The translations under genes and the position numbers were made by a program. From assembly GCA_963813715.1 (NCBI GenBank), contig CAWFAK010000008.1:320001-384000 (forward strand): 64,000 bases of DNA. The letters run 5' to 3'. Below are positions 1 to 12,384 of this stretch, in pieces. This DNA is from an uncultured Planctomycetaceae bacterium. GTDB taxonomy: Bacteria > Planctomycetota > Planctomycetia > Planctomycetales > Planctomycetaceae. The notes beneath the pieces are model-generated. The model had not been told where the DNA came from. It saw only the letters and a program-made list of their open reading frames with translations, and made no database searches. Positions within the stretch are counted from its first letter, which is position 1; each line of letters starts with the position of its first letter.

Positions 1-16
1 GCCTGACGGCGAACGC

Positions 17-49
17 AACACTGGCGGCTCAAACCGCCAGTGTTTTTTT
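17..49 (+). terminator. Rho-independent terminator
   Basis: Perfect 11-bp stem AACACTGGCGG (17-27) / CCGCCAGTGTT (34-44), 6-nt loop and a T run to 49. It faces the convergent rpoN 3' end. Confidence 0.85.
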
Positions 50-168
50 ATGCGCGGAGCGTGGCCGGTCAGAATGCTTGATTCGCGGCGACGCGAGAAG
101 AGTCGATCGGCGATGGGCGCTCCGCCCAGCGATCGGGTCCGCACCGGCAATCGGTCAGAGCGCGGCTC

Positions 169-1656
<1,488 letters not shown>

Positions 1657-1733
1657 GATTTATGCTAAGCACGAAATCCGCGTGAAACGGGCGTCGCCGT
1701 TCGCCAGGCGCACTTCGTCATTCCTGATGACTG

Positions 1734-2417
1734 CTAAAATTCTTGCCGGCCCATGAGGGCATCGGCCAGCATTTCTCTGTTAGCAAACTCTAGCACACTG
1801 CCCGTCGGGATCCCCCGGGCCAGCCGCGTGATCCGAACCGACTCGCCCGCGAGCAGATTCGAGATATACAGGGCCGTTCCGTCCCCTTCGACGGTTGGAT
1901 TTGTAGCCATTACAATCTCTGTAACACCACCAGTCCGCACTCGGCGGACCAGCGCGTTGATGGTTAGATCCTCGGGGCCGACGCCGTCTAAAGGCGAGAT
2001 TCGGCCCTGGAGCACGTGGTACAGGCCGTGAAAGACACCGGCCGCTTCAAGAGCGACGATGTCGCGTGGCTGTTCCACGATGCAAAGCATGTGCCGCTGC
2101 CGCTTGGTATCGCTGCAGATCGCACACAATTCGCCTTCCGTCAGGTTGAAGCACTGCGAACACGGGTGCACGGCCTCTTTCACGCGGCGAATGGCCTCCG
2201 CCAACCCCAGCGCCTCGTCGGTCGGTGACGCCAGAACGTGATGGGCCAACCGCTCCGCGGTCTTGCGGCCGATGCCAGGGAGCCGCCCAAACTCGTCGAT
2301 CAGGCTGGCGACCGCCGATCCGTAGGGATGCGATTGATGTTCGTCGCTGTCGCGCTGCCGCATGTTTGATCGTCCGGGGCTTCCTTGCCAGAGCGGCCAC
2401 GAGCCGCCGGTTTCCAT
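1734..2417 (-). CDS. recR: Recombination mediator RecR
   Basis: Hh[14 protein letters not shown]4 zinc finger CSQC...CAIC and Toprim motifs [12 protein letters not shown] and RLARGIP. The true start may be ATG 2363. Confidence 0.96.
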   Translation of the reverse strand: METGGSWPLWQGSPGRSNMRQRDSDEHQSHPYGSAVASLIDEFGRLPGIGRKTAERLAHHVLASPTDEALGLAEAIRRVKEAVHPCSQCFNLTEGELCAICSDTKRQRHMLCIVEQPRDIVALEAAGVFHGLYHVLQGRISPLDGVGPEDLTINALVRRVRTGGVTEIVMATNPTVEGDGTALYISNLLAGESVRITRLARGIPTGSVLEFANREMLADALMGRQEF

Positions 2418-2447
2418 CCCTTATTGCTTACGACGAACTCCGAATTT

Positions 2448-2813
2448 CTACGACGGCGAGTTGCCGTTTCCCATGCCGAATTTCGACATCAATTCCGATA
2501 GACCGGGAAGCTGCACTTGGCTCATCTTGGCAAACTCTTCCGCCATTAACTCGCGGGACTTATCGAGCGCCTGGTTCGTGGCGGCGGTCAGCAGATCTTC
2601 CAGCATTTCCGCGTCGGGCGAGGTGAGCAGGCTCGGATCGATCTTGATCCCCACAATTCGCTGACGACCGTCCGCCTGCACCGACACCATCTCGCCGCCG
2701 GCCCGCCCCTCGACGCGCATCTGGCCGAGCTTCTGCTGCAATTCTTCGGTGCGTCCCTGAAATTGTTGCACCTGTTGGAGCAACCCCGTCAGGTTCGACA
2801 ATCCCTTGAACAT
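2448..2813 (-). CDS. ybaB: YbaB/EbfC nucleoid-associated protein
   Basis: Motifs GRAGGEMVSV...IKIDP...MLEDLLTAATNQAL, in the canonical position between dnaX and recR. Confidence 0.93.
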   Translation of the reverse strand: MFKGLSNLTGLLQQVQQFQGRTEELQQKLGQMRVEGRAGGEMVSVQADGRQRIVGIKIDPSLLTSPDAEMLEDLLTAATNQALDKSRELMAEEFAKMSQVQLPGLSELMSKFGMGNGNSPS

Positions 2814-2818
2814 GATTC

Positions 2819-4688
<1,870 letters not shown>

Positions 4689-4773
4689 CGTCGCCTGCTT
4701 CAGACGCGCTCTGGCCCGCTCGACGCCGTCTCGCTCGGCGGTTGTTCGGCCCGGGCGCGAAATCGGGGGAAGG

Positions 4774-4873
4774 AAAGCTATCTCCGGATGCACCTGAAAG
4801 CCAACGCTTAGGGCTGCTCCGGTTAAGGCCTGACCCGGTTGGGCGCGGTCCCACCGCACTCGGAGATAGCTTT
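4774..4873 (-). ncRNA. ffs: Signal recognition particle (4.5S) RNA
   Basis: The minus strand reads GGGUCAGG-CCU-UAAC-CGG-AGCAGCC, carrying the CAGG/AGCAG helix-8 signature. It is closed by a 13-bp terminal stem (4774-4786 with 4861-4873) and lies in the classic position upstream of dnaX. Confidence 0.9.
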
Positions 4874-4906
4874 TCGTCCCCCGCGAGCGCGAAAAATCGT
4901 CTCTGC

Positions 4907-4934
4907 ATTATCCGCGTGCCGAGTGGAGCGTCAA
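4907..4934 (-). promoter_or_regulatory. Sigma70-type promoter for ffs/dnaX
   Basis: Minus strand TTGACG-N16-GATAAT, about 35 bp upstream of the SRP RNA. Confidence 0.55.
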
Positions 4935-5023
4935 GCGACCCCCGCAAGCGATCAGCTGATCCGCCGCGACAATCGCCTACAATTCCGAAACGACTGCCAA
5001 ACTGCGGCCCGAGGAGACGATTC

Positions 5024-5266
5024 GTGCATTACCTCTATGCGTCAAAACTCCACGTGAACCGGAAACTGGTCGCCACGTTCGATTCCGAGCAGCAACTGTT
5101 GGCGTACGTCGGTTGGGCCACGCTCAAAACGAACGCCGACGGTTCCGGCAAGTTCGAGCAAGGCAGCCCACTGGCCGGCTATCAGCGCTGGGAGAAATCC
5201 GACACGCCGCTGACCGACGAAGACGCGACCCAGGTCTTGCACAACCCGACGCCGAGCATGCTGTAG
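5024..5266 (+). CDS. Small hypothetical protein (80 aa)
   Basis: GAGGAG RBS before GTG 5024, GC3-rich codons and a globular-looking sequence (RKLVATFDSEQQLLAYVGWATL). It is the 3' part of ORF 4676..5266. Confidence 0.75.
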   Translation: MHYLYASKLHVNRKLVATFDSEQQLLAYVGWATLKTNADGSGKFEQGSPLAGYQRWEKSDTPLTDEDATQVLHNPTPSML

Positions 5267-5365
5267 CCAGGCGGCTGTTGCGCGAACGCGTGCAGGGTTT
5301 CTCGTCTCATTTCGCGGGGAGTGCGCTGGGTGATTCTCGCCGCGCTCCTTTTGGTTCCGATCTCG

Positions 5366-6838
5366 CTACTCGGGCTGCGATTGGTTGTCGGCGCCCGGAG
5401 CGGGTACGCGCAGGACCAAGTCTCCTTTGCCGTCATGCAGGCTGACGCCGCCGTTGTCGATGCCGTCCGTGTAAACGCTCCACAGCGTCGCGCCGCGCGT
5501 CGCGGGGGCTTCGCGCCGGTAGTGATACGATTCGCCCGTGCCGAGCGGGTCGAGCGGGATCGATGGGAGAATGCCGCGGGCGACCAGCTCGTTCAGTGCC
5601 GCCGGGAATTCGTGGTGTTCGCGGTAGTAGAGCTCGAGCGCGAGTGCCAGCAGGAGTGCCGAGCGATGCGCCTGTGCGATGTCTCGGTGTTGGCTCGCTT
5701 GCCAGAGCCCCCCGAGCAGCAACGACGGATCGCAATACGCCAATTGCTGGGCCGAATCGGGCGAGATGCGGCGGAGGACCTTTGCGAGCGCGGCCGCGCT
5801 GTTGGTAGCGGCCGCTTCGATTTCTGCCGGAGGCCGCAGCCGAGGGTCGTGCGGAGTGGCCGGATCCAATTCATATAAATGCAGTTCGCCAGGGTGAATG
5901 GCGGTCCGCTCGTATTTCGGTCGGTCAGCCTGCGTGATCAAATTGGCGACGACGAGGCCGGCGTTTTGACCGATCTGTGCCGGGTACCCGGTGGCGCGCA
6001 CCCACGAGGGCGTGGGAGACAACCCGAGTGTCCCTCTCGTTGCATTCGCGCGCAGCCAGAGATACTCGAGCTTGAGCTGGTCCGAAGCGGGAGCGCGCAT
6101 CGCTTCGACCGTCCCCAGGTCATGGATCGCCCGCCGCAGGTCTGCGGGACCAACGCTCGGTTCGGCCGCCCAAACGACGGCTGCCTGGGCCGCCTGTTCA
6201 CCAAAGACGACGCCGAACATCGTCTGAATCGGGCTCGCGTGCATGGCGAGATGACGGCTCGTTCGCAACGAGTCGCGAAAGCAGCTCCAAGCCTCCTCGG
6301 GATGACGCTCTGCGGTGAGCCGCAGTCCTTCGAGCGTTTGCACTCGGATGCAGGTCTGGAGCGTGCCCCATTCGAAGGAAAGGAAATCCTCGTTCGCCGC
6401 GTCGGCGAGAGGAAACTCCAAGCTCTCCGCGCAGTCGGCTCCTCGTTTCAACTCCGCGAGCATGGGCCGGTTGAGCTTGACCCATTGCCGCACCGAAGGA
6501 ACCGCGTAGTCCCAACCTTTCTCGGCGGTGGCGTGCCAACTCTCCCAGAACTCGTCCCGCTTGAATGAAGGGTTTGCTGCAAAGACCGCGTCTTCCTTTA
6601 CCAGTGCCGCCACGGCACGCCGGTAGTACGTGAACGCATTCTGCTCGTCCGGCAACGTGTACGAGACGTAGCCGGCGACATCGAACGGTTCGGGAATCTC
6701 GGGCGTCGTAAACTGCCGGTAGGCCCAGCTGCCGACACAAACGATCGCCAACAAAATCACCGCGACGATGGCCCGTCGTCGACGACGCGAGCGCGGAGGG
6801 CTGGAAATTGGCGTCGGCAGAGTGTGGACGTCTGACAT
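5366..6838 (-). CDS. Membrane-anchored hypothetical protein with a pseudopilin/GspG-like C-terminal segment
   Basis: Basic stretch plus one TM helix at the N-terminus. The C-terminus reads LALELYYREHHEFPAALNELV...PLDP...LWSVYTDGIDNGG. Confidence 0.75.
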   Translation of the reverse strand: MSDVHTLPTPISSPPRSRRRRRAIVAVILLAIVCVGSWAYRQFTTPEIPEPFDVAGYVSYTLPDEQNAFTYYRRAVAALVKEDAVFAANPSFKRDEFWESWHATAEKGWDYAVPSVRQWVKLNRPMLAELKRGADCAESLEFPLADAANEDFLSFEWGTLQTCIRVQTLEGLRLTAERHPEEAWSCFRDSLRTSRHLAMHASPIQTMFGVVFGEQAAQAAVVWAAEPSVGPADLRRAIHDLGTVEAMRAPASDQLKLEYLWLRANATRGTLGLSPTPSWVRATGYPAQIGQNAGLVVANLITQADRPKYERTAIHPGELHLYELDPATPHDPRLRPPAEIEAAATNSAAALAKVLRRISPDSAQQLAYCDPSLLLGGLWQASQHRDIAQAHRSALLLALALELYYREHHEFPAALNELVARGILPSIPLDPLGTGESYHYRREAPATRGATLWSVYTDGIDNGGVSLHDGKGDLVLRVPAPGADNQSQPE

Positions 6839-6992
6839 CGAGACTCCGGCCGCGCGGCGATACCAAGAATTCCGGCCCGCATTTCCTAACGGAAGCCCGA
6901 GCCAAATGGATCAGCCGTTTCGCGGCCGGCCGACGAAGGTCTGTCAGCGAGAGGCTCCCGACCTCTCTTTGTACGACCATTCTGTGTCCCAC

Positions 6993-7367
6993 CTAGCGGG
7001 AGTGCAGGGCCACCCGGTTGCCTTCGGAATCCAGGATCACGGCGCGGAATCCGTGCGGGCCGATTTGGTGCTTGGGCTGCAGGACTTTGCCGCCGTTGGC
7101 TTCGACTTTGCCAATCGCGTCGTCGAGTCGGCCGTTGCAGTTGAAGTAGAGCAGCAGTTTGCCCTCCGGGTCTGGCTCGGTCGTCTTCTTGCCCGGCACC
7201 AGGCAGCCCGACACGGCGCCTTCCTCGTCGAAGTGCGGCAGCAGAGCGAACGACATCCCGGAAAATTCCTGCTTCTCGCACTTGCCGTCCAGCACGGCGG
7301 AATAGAAACCGGAGGCGCGATCGAGATTCTGCACGGGCATATCAAACCAGACAGCGGTGTTGGTCAT
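6993..7367 (-). CDS. VOC (glyoxalase/bleomycin resistance) family protein
   Basis: WFDMPVQNLDRASGFY...DSEGNRVALHS, with a GGAGG RBS upstream of ATG 7367. Confidence 0.9.
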   Translation of the reverse strand: MTNTAVWFDMPVQNLDRASGFYSAVLDGKCEKQEFSGMSFALLPHFDEEGAVSGCLVPGKKTTEPDPEGKLLLYFNCNGRLDDAIGKVEANGGKVLQPKHQIGPHGFRAVILDSEGNRVALHSR

Positions 7368-7649
7368 GGCGTTTTCCTCCTGAGATGAGATTTGCAATTG
7401 CCGGCGTTCGAGATTCCACCAATAGAACTCGCCGCCCCTGCGTACACAAGTTGGAATCCCGACGAACCAAAAGCGAATAAGTTCGCGACGCGGCGGCCTG
7501 TGTTGAACCGTCCGCGTTTGCCCGTCCGCATTTGAACCGCCCGCTGCGTTCGGTTTAAGATGAGTGTTCCAGATGATCGAGGCGCACCGCTTCTACCGCA
7601 CTGTGCCCTTGCAGACCGTTTGCCTCCCCTCCCGCCAGGAGTTCTCATC

Positions 7650-8948
7650 GTGACCGACGTTTCTCACGTTTCCCGACGCAGTTTCTTGCAGACCACGGGC
7701 GGCGCGCTGGCCGCGACGGCTTTGTCCGCCCAGGCGTACGCGCGGGTGATCGGGGCCAACGACCGCATTCGCGTCGGATTTGTCGGGGTCGGCGGGCAGG
7801 GAATGCAGCACGTCGGCACGATTCGCGACCTGCAGAAGTCGAACAACGTCGAGGGGATCATCGTCGCCGACTGCTGGAAGACGCGGGCCGACGCGGGGGC
7901 CGGCCGTTTCGATGCGGCCAAGGCCGTGCAGGACTATCGGCACGTGCTCGACAACAAGGACGTCGACTATGTGACGATCGCGGTGCCCGAGCATTCGCAC
8001 TCGATCGTGACGATCGCCGCGCTCGATGCCGGCAAGCCGGTCTACTGCGAAAAGCCGATGACCCACACGATCCCGGAAGGGCTCGCCGTCGCGAAGAAAC
8101 AGAAAGAAACCAAGCTGCCGCTGCAGGTCGGCGTGCAAGCGATGTCCGACGACAGCTACGCGACCGCGGGTGAGGCGATTCGCCAGGGCGTGCTGGGGCG
8201 AGTCGTGCAGGCGCAGATCGAATACGTCCGCCGTTACGATCGGCAGGGGCCATGGCGCGAACGCGTCTCGCACGCGCACTCGTCGAAGCCGGCGGACCTC
8301 GATTGGAACACCTGGCTCGGCCATGCGAAGCAGGTCGACTGGAACCCGCACCACTACTTCGAATGGCGCTGCTACTCGGCTTATTCCGGCGGCATCGCCA
8401 CCGATCTCTTCATCCACCGCATCTCGCGGATCATGAAGGCGTGCGACTTGCAGTATCCGCGGCGAGTCGTCGGCATGGGCGGCATCTGGCAGTGGCCGGA
8501 CGGGCGCGACCTGCCCGATAACTTCGAGATGATCTGCGAATATCCCCGCGGCATGACGGTTTACGTGCTGGGGACGCAAAGCAATCGCGTTCCCGTCGAA
8601 CACGTGATCCGCGGCTATCGTGGCACGCTCTATTTCACGCCAGAGGGCTGGGTCGCCAAGGACAAGGACGGCAAGGTGCTCGCGGAGCACAAGGAGAAGC
8701 AGGCCAATCGCGAGGATCTGCACAACCACCACACCAACCTCCACAACCATCTGCGTCACGGCGAACCGCTCAACTGCCCGATCGAGTTGGGAATGGCCGG
8801 CGTTGTCGCCGTGAACATGGCGAACGAGTCGTGGCGGACGAGCCAGGTCATGGCTTGGGATGCCGAGAAAGAAGTGATGGTGCCGGCCCACACGCTCAAT
8901 CTAAGCCACGAACCGGACCCGGCCGTCGCTCCCAAAGTCGCCGGCTAA
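7650..8948 (+). CDS. Tat-exported Gfo/Idh/MocA family oxidoreductase
   Basis: Tat motif SRRSFL, Rossmann GVGGQG and CEKP motif. AGGAG RBS before GTG 7650. Confidence 0.92.
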   Translation: MTDVSHVSRRSFLQTTGGALAATALSAQAYARVIGANDRIRVGFVGVGGQGMQHVGTIRDLQKSNNVEGIIVADCWKTRADAGAGRFDAAKAVQDYRHVLDNKDVDYVTIAVPEHSHSIVTIAALDAGKPVYCEKPMTHTIPEGLAVAKKQKETKLPLQVGVQAMSDDSYATAGEAIRQGVLGRVVQAQIEYVRRYDRQGPWRERVSHAHSSKPADLDWNTWLGHAKQVDWNPHHYFEWRCYSAYSGGIATDLFIHRISRIMKACDLQYPRRVVGMGGIWQWPDGRDLPDNFEMICEYPRGMTVYVLGTQSNRVPVEHVIRGYRGTLYFTPEGWVAKDKDGKVLAEHKEKQANREDLHNHHTNLHNHLRHGEPLNCPIELGMAGVVAVNMANESWRTSQVMAWDAEKEVMVPAHTLNLSHEPDPAVAPKVAG

Positions 8949-9045
8949 TTGCGGCGGGCTGCTCGCGGTGGAAGGGCGGATTTCGCGCCTCTAGCTCAGG
9001 ATTGCGTGGACGGCCGGCGGTTTGCCGGTCGCCGCTCGCAAGAAG

Positions 9046-9062
9046 TTGGCACGCGCTGTGCA
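9046..9062 (+). promoter_or_regulatory. Sigma54 (-24/-12) promoter
   Basis: TTGGCACGCGCTGTGCA has exact GG-N10-GC spacing and one mismatch to TGGCACG-N4-TTGCW. It is intergenic, upstream of 9180. Confidence 0.6.
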
Positions 9063-9179
9063 CTTTCCTGATTTATCGAAGAAATGGACGACCTTTGTTG
9101 CCAATCGTCAACAAACGCCCCACCGTCCGTTGATAAACGGAAACACGACAGGCTCGCCGACGCGAGTTCGAGTGACGCG

Positions 9180-9512
9180 ATGCAGGCCCGAACCAACAAA
9201 CTCGCGATTCGTTTGACGGCGACGGCTGCCGTCGCCTTGGCGTCCGGCCTTTTCGCCAGCGGATCGGCCTCAGCCGACGACGAGCAAAGCTGGATGTACC
9301 GTCGCTCGTACTTCAGCCACGTGTTGCCGCCGCAGATTCAGGCACGCTACCCCGTGCCCGAGAGTCGATCGGCCTATCGCCGTCCGTATGTCAACCTGTC
9401 TCCGGGCTTCGGCGTTCGCGGCAGCTACCGCTACAACCCGATCATGATTTACGACGGACAGTCGACCGACGTCGAAATCTATCGGCAGTTCTGGTTCCAG
9501 ACGGAACCGTAA
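9180..9512 (+). CDS. Small secreted hypothetical protein
   Basis: Sec-type signal peptide ending ASA-DDEQ, followed by a Tyr/Arg/aromatic-rich mature part. Confidence 0.75.
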   Translation: MQARTNKLAIRLTATAAVALASGLFASGSASADDEQSWMYRRSYFSHVLPPQIQARYPVPESRSAYRRPYVNLSPGFGVRGSYRYNPIMIYDGQSTDVEIYRQFWFQTEP

Positions 9513-9563
9513 TCGACGGCTGCCTCGCCGCACTTCCATCGCACGCCCGGCACGTCCCGACCG

Positions 9564-10239
9564 TCAGAGCACGCCGAACCGCTCGTAGGCTTCGCCGACT
9601 TTCATTCCCTGCTTGATCGCGTCGCGGGTGCGGCTTTCGTCATGGGCCTTGGTCCAGGCCCGGCGGACGGCTTCCACTTCGACCCCCGCCGGCACCACGA
9701 CGACGCCATCCACATCGGCGAAGACCAGGTCGTTGGGCTGAAACGTGACGCCGGCGATTTCCACGGCCACGTCGATCGCCGTGACAAATTGACGGTCCTT
9801 GCTGTCATAAGGGCAAGTCGCGCGCGCGAAGACCGGGAACTGCATCTCGGTCATTTGGGACACGTCGCGAACCGCTCCGTCAACGATGGCCCCCACACAA
9901 CCGCTGTTCCGCGCCGCTGTTGACAGCAAGTTCGCCCCAGATGCCGGAGCGCATCGAACCGCTCGGCGGCCGACGATCATCACCTGGTCGGCCTGGCAGG
10001 TGTCGACGGCCAAGCAGCTCTTTCTCGTAGGGGTGCGGATCGGCCGTGGTCCGCTCGCTCCAGAGCGTCGTTTTGCAGCGGCCCACGAGCAGGCCGGCAG
10101 TCGTTTTCACCGGCCAGGCGAGCCGGGGCGACTGCTCGCGCAGGCCGAGCGAATCCAGGGCGTCGCAAACAAGGGCCGTCGAGAGGGACTCGCGCATCAT
10201 CGCGAGCGTGATTGCGGCGGGCTGAGACAAATCGGCCAT
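9564..10239 (-). CDS. RraA/HMG aldolase family protein (apparent frameshifts ~9930-10015)
   Basis: Motifs TALVCDALD, GIWGEL(L)STAA, IVDGAVRD and VFADVDGVVVVP are spread over ORFs 9880..10893 and 9564..10013. Confidence 0.85.
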
Positions 10240-10434
10240 TTGGGCTGGGACCTCGGGGGAAAGAAAAACGTCAATTTCCTGTCCGGAAAAAGTGATGCCA
10301 TTGAGGGTACATTTGTGTATATTACTCAGCGAATACCGGTTGGTCCGGTTCCATCGCGATTGGGATGGCGCGATCGGTTGCGGCAGACAAAAGGTGCTTT
10401 TTCTCGGGAGCGCCAGGGCGCTCAAGGGCTGGCC

Positions 10435-10719
10435 ATGCGTAAGAATCTGTATGTCGGAAATCTCCCCTACGATACGACGGCGGACGATCTTCGCGAAGCG
10501 TTTTCGCAATTTGGAACGGTGTCGCGGTCGCAGGTGATTTCGGATCGTGAGACGGGGCGTTCGCGGGGTTTTGGGTTTGTCGAGATGGAAGACGGGGCCG
10601 ACACCGCCATCGAGTCGATGAACGGCAAGGATTTTCAAGGACGCCGGCTGACCGTCAACGAGGCCAAAAGCCGCTCGGACGCAGGCGGCGGCGGAAGCCG
10701 CAGTCGCTCGACTTACTAA
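10435..10719 (+). CDS. RRM RNA-binding protein
   Basis: RNP2 LYVGNL, RNP1 RGFGFVEM, LTVNEAK and a short Gly/Arg/Ser tail. Confidence 0.95.
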   Translation: MRKNLYVGNLPYDTTADDLREAFSQFGTVSRSQVISDRETGRSRGFGFVEMEDGADTAIESMNGKDFQGRRLTVNEAKSRSDAGGGGSRSRSTY

Positions 10720-11088
10720 GCGGGCAGACTGTCGATAACCGGGCAGACCGTCGACCGACTCCGGATCGATGTGCGCAGCGCGGGTCGCGCTGCGGGACAG
10801 TCGATCGAGCGGCTTACCCGATTTGCTCCGCCCGGACACGCTTCTGACGGAGCCGTGACTGAGCGTACGCGCCCACCGGTCTGGGCCGGCCAAAAATTCT
10901 GCGGCGCACGATTGGCAGTGGCCCGTCGTTCAACGAGAATCGTGCGCTCCAGGGGCAAGCGCACCGCGGGCGAAATGGCATTCGCTCGGATCGCGCCGGC
11001 GACCCTGGTGAGCTTGGCTCGATTTTCGCACGGAACGATTTGGGCGGGTCGATTTTCGATGCATCGCCAGCGTGGGATGGAGCAGCGG

Positions 11089-12357
11089 ATGAGACGGGTC
11101 TTAGCGTTGGTGTTGGCCGGCGGTAAGGGCGCACGCTTGGAGCCGCTCACCCGCGATCGTGCCAAGCCTGCGGTCCCCTTCGGCGGCGTCTACCGCATCA
11201 TCGACTTCACGCTCTCCAACTGCATCAACAGCGGCCTGCGGCGGATGCTGGTGCTGACGCAGTACAAGGCGGCGAGCCTCGATCGACACATCGGCTTGGG
11301 CTGGCGGTTTCTCTGCCGCGAGCTGGACGAATTCATCGACGTGCTGCCGCCGCAGCAGCGGATCGACGAGCATTGGTACCAGGGGACGGCCGACGCCGTT
11401 TACCAGAACATCTATTCCATCGAGAAGTCGCGGCCCGACCTGGTCCTGATTCTTGCCGGCGATCACATCTACAAGATGGATTACTCGGAGGTCTTGCAGG
11501 ACCACATCGACAATCAGGCTGACTGCACCATCGGCTGCATCCCCGTCGAGCTGCGCGAGGGGATCAACTTTGGCGTGATGGAGATCGACAAGTCGCAGCG
11601 GGTCGTCAAGTTCCTCGAGAAGCCGCCCAACCCAGACCCGATGCCCGACGATCCGAATCGCTGCCTGGCGTCGATGGGCATTTATGTCTTCAACGCGAAC
11701 TTCCTCTTCGACCAGTTGTGCCGCGACGCGACGGTGACCGAGAGCAACCACGATTTTGGCCGCGACATCATCCCGACCATCATCGACACGCACCGCGTGC
11801 GGGCCTTTCCATTCCGCGATCGCAACTCGGGCAACTCGCGCTATTGGCGGGACGTCGGCACGCTCGACGCGTACTACGCCGCCAACATGGATCTCGTGGC
11901 CGTCGAGCCGCAGCTCAACCTGTACGACGAGGCGTGGGAGATCCGAACCTATCACCCGCCGCTGCCGCCGCCGAAGTTCGTCTTCGCGCAGTTCGGCGGT
12001 TCGTCGCCGCGGGCCGGTATGGCACTCGACAGCATGGTCAGCCCCGGCACGATCATTTCCGGCGGCCGCGTCGAACGTTCGATTCTCTCCCCCAACGTCC
12101 GCGTGAATAGCTGGGCCTGCGTGGAGGACAGCATCTTGTTCGAGGGAGTGAACGTCGGCCGACACGCCAAAATCCGCCGAGCCATCATCGACAAGGGGGT
12201 TGTCGTGCCCGAGGGGGCCGAAGTCGGCTACAACCTCGAGCTGGACCGCGCCCGCGGCTTCACCGTGACTGAATCGGGCGTGGTGGTGATCGGCAAGCTG
12301 CAAGGCTTCGTCGACGTCCACGAACGTAGCGGGGCGATGGACCTGTCCATCGGCTGA
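11089..12357 (+). CDS. glgC: Glucose-1-phosphate adenylyltransferase
   Basis: LAGGKGARLEPLT, RAKPAVPFGG, WYQGTADAV, ASMGIY and YWRDVGT. Confidence 0.97.
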   Translation: MRRVLALVLAGGKGARLEPLTRDRAKPAVPFGGVYRIIDFTLSNCINSGLRRMLVLTQYKAASLDRHIGLGWRFLCRELDEFIDVLPPQQRIDEHWYQGTADAVYQNIYSIEKSRPDLVLILAGDHIYKMDYSEVLQDHIDNQADCTIGCIPVELREGINFGVMEIDKSQRVVKFLEKPPNPDPMPDDPNRCLASMGIYVFNANFLFDQLCRDATVTESNHDFGRDIIPTIIDTHRVRAFPFRDRNSGNSRYWRDVGTLDAYYAANMDLVAVEPQLNLYDEAWEIRTYHPPLPPPKFVFAQFGGSSPRAGMALDSMVSPGTIISGGRVERSILSPNVRVNSWACVEDSILFEGVNVGRHAKIRRAIIDKGVVVPEGAEVGYNLELDRARGFTVTESGVVVIGKLQGFVDVHERSGAMDLSIG

Positions 12358-12384
12358 CGGACCGATCGCGACATGGCCGCCCGC

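Noticed and set aside
10366..10381. Sigma54 promoter before the RRM gene (TGGCGCGATCGGTTGC)
   Set aside because: GG-to-GC spacing is 11 rather than the required 10.
10721..10754. Direct repeat CGGGCAGAC(T/C)GTCGA as a mini-CRISPR or att site
   Set aside because: Only two 15-bp copies 4 bp apart, with no spacers, cas genes or integrase.
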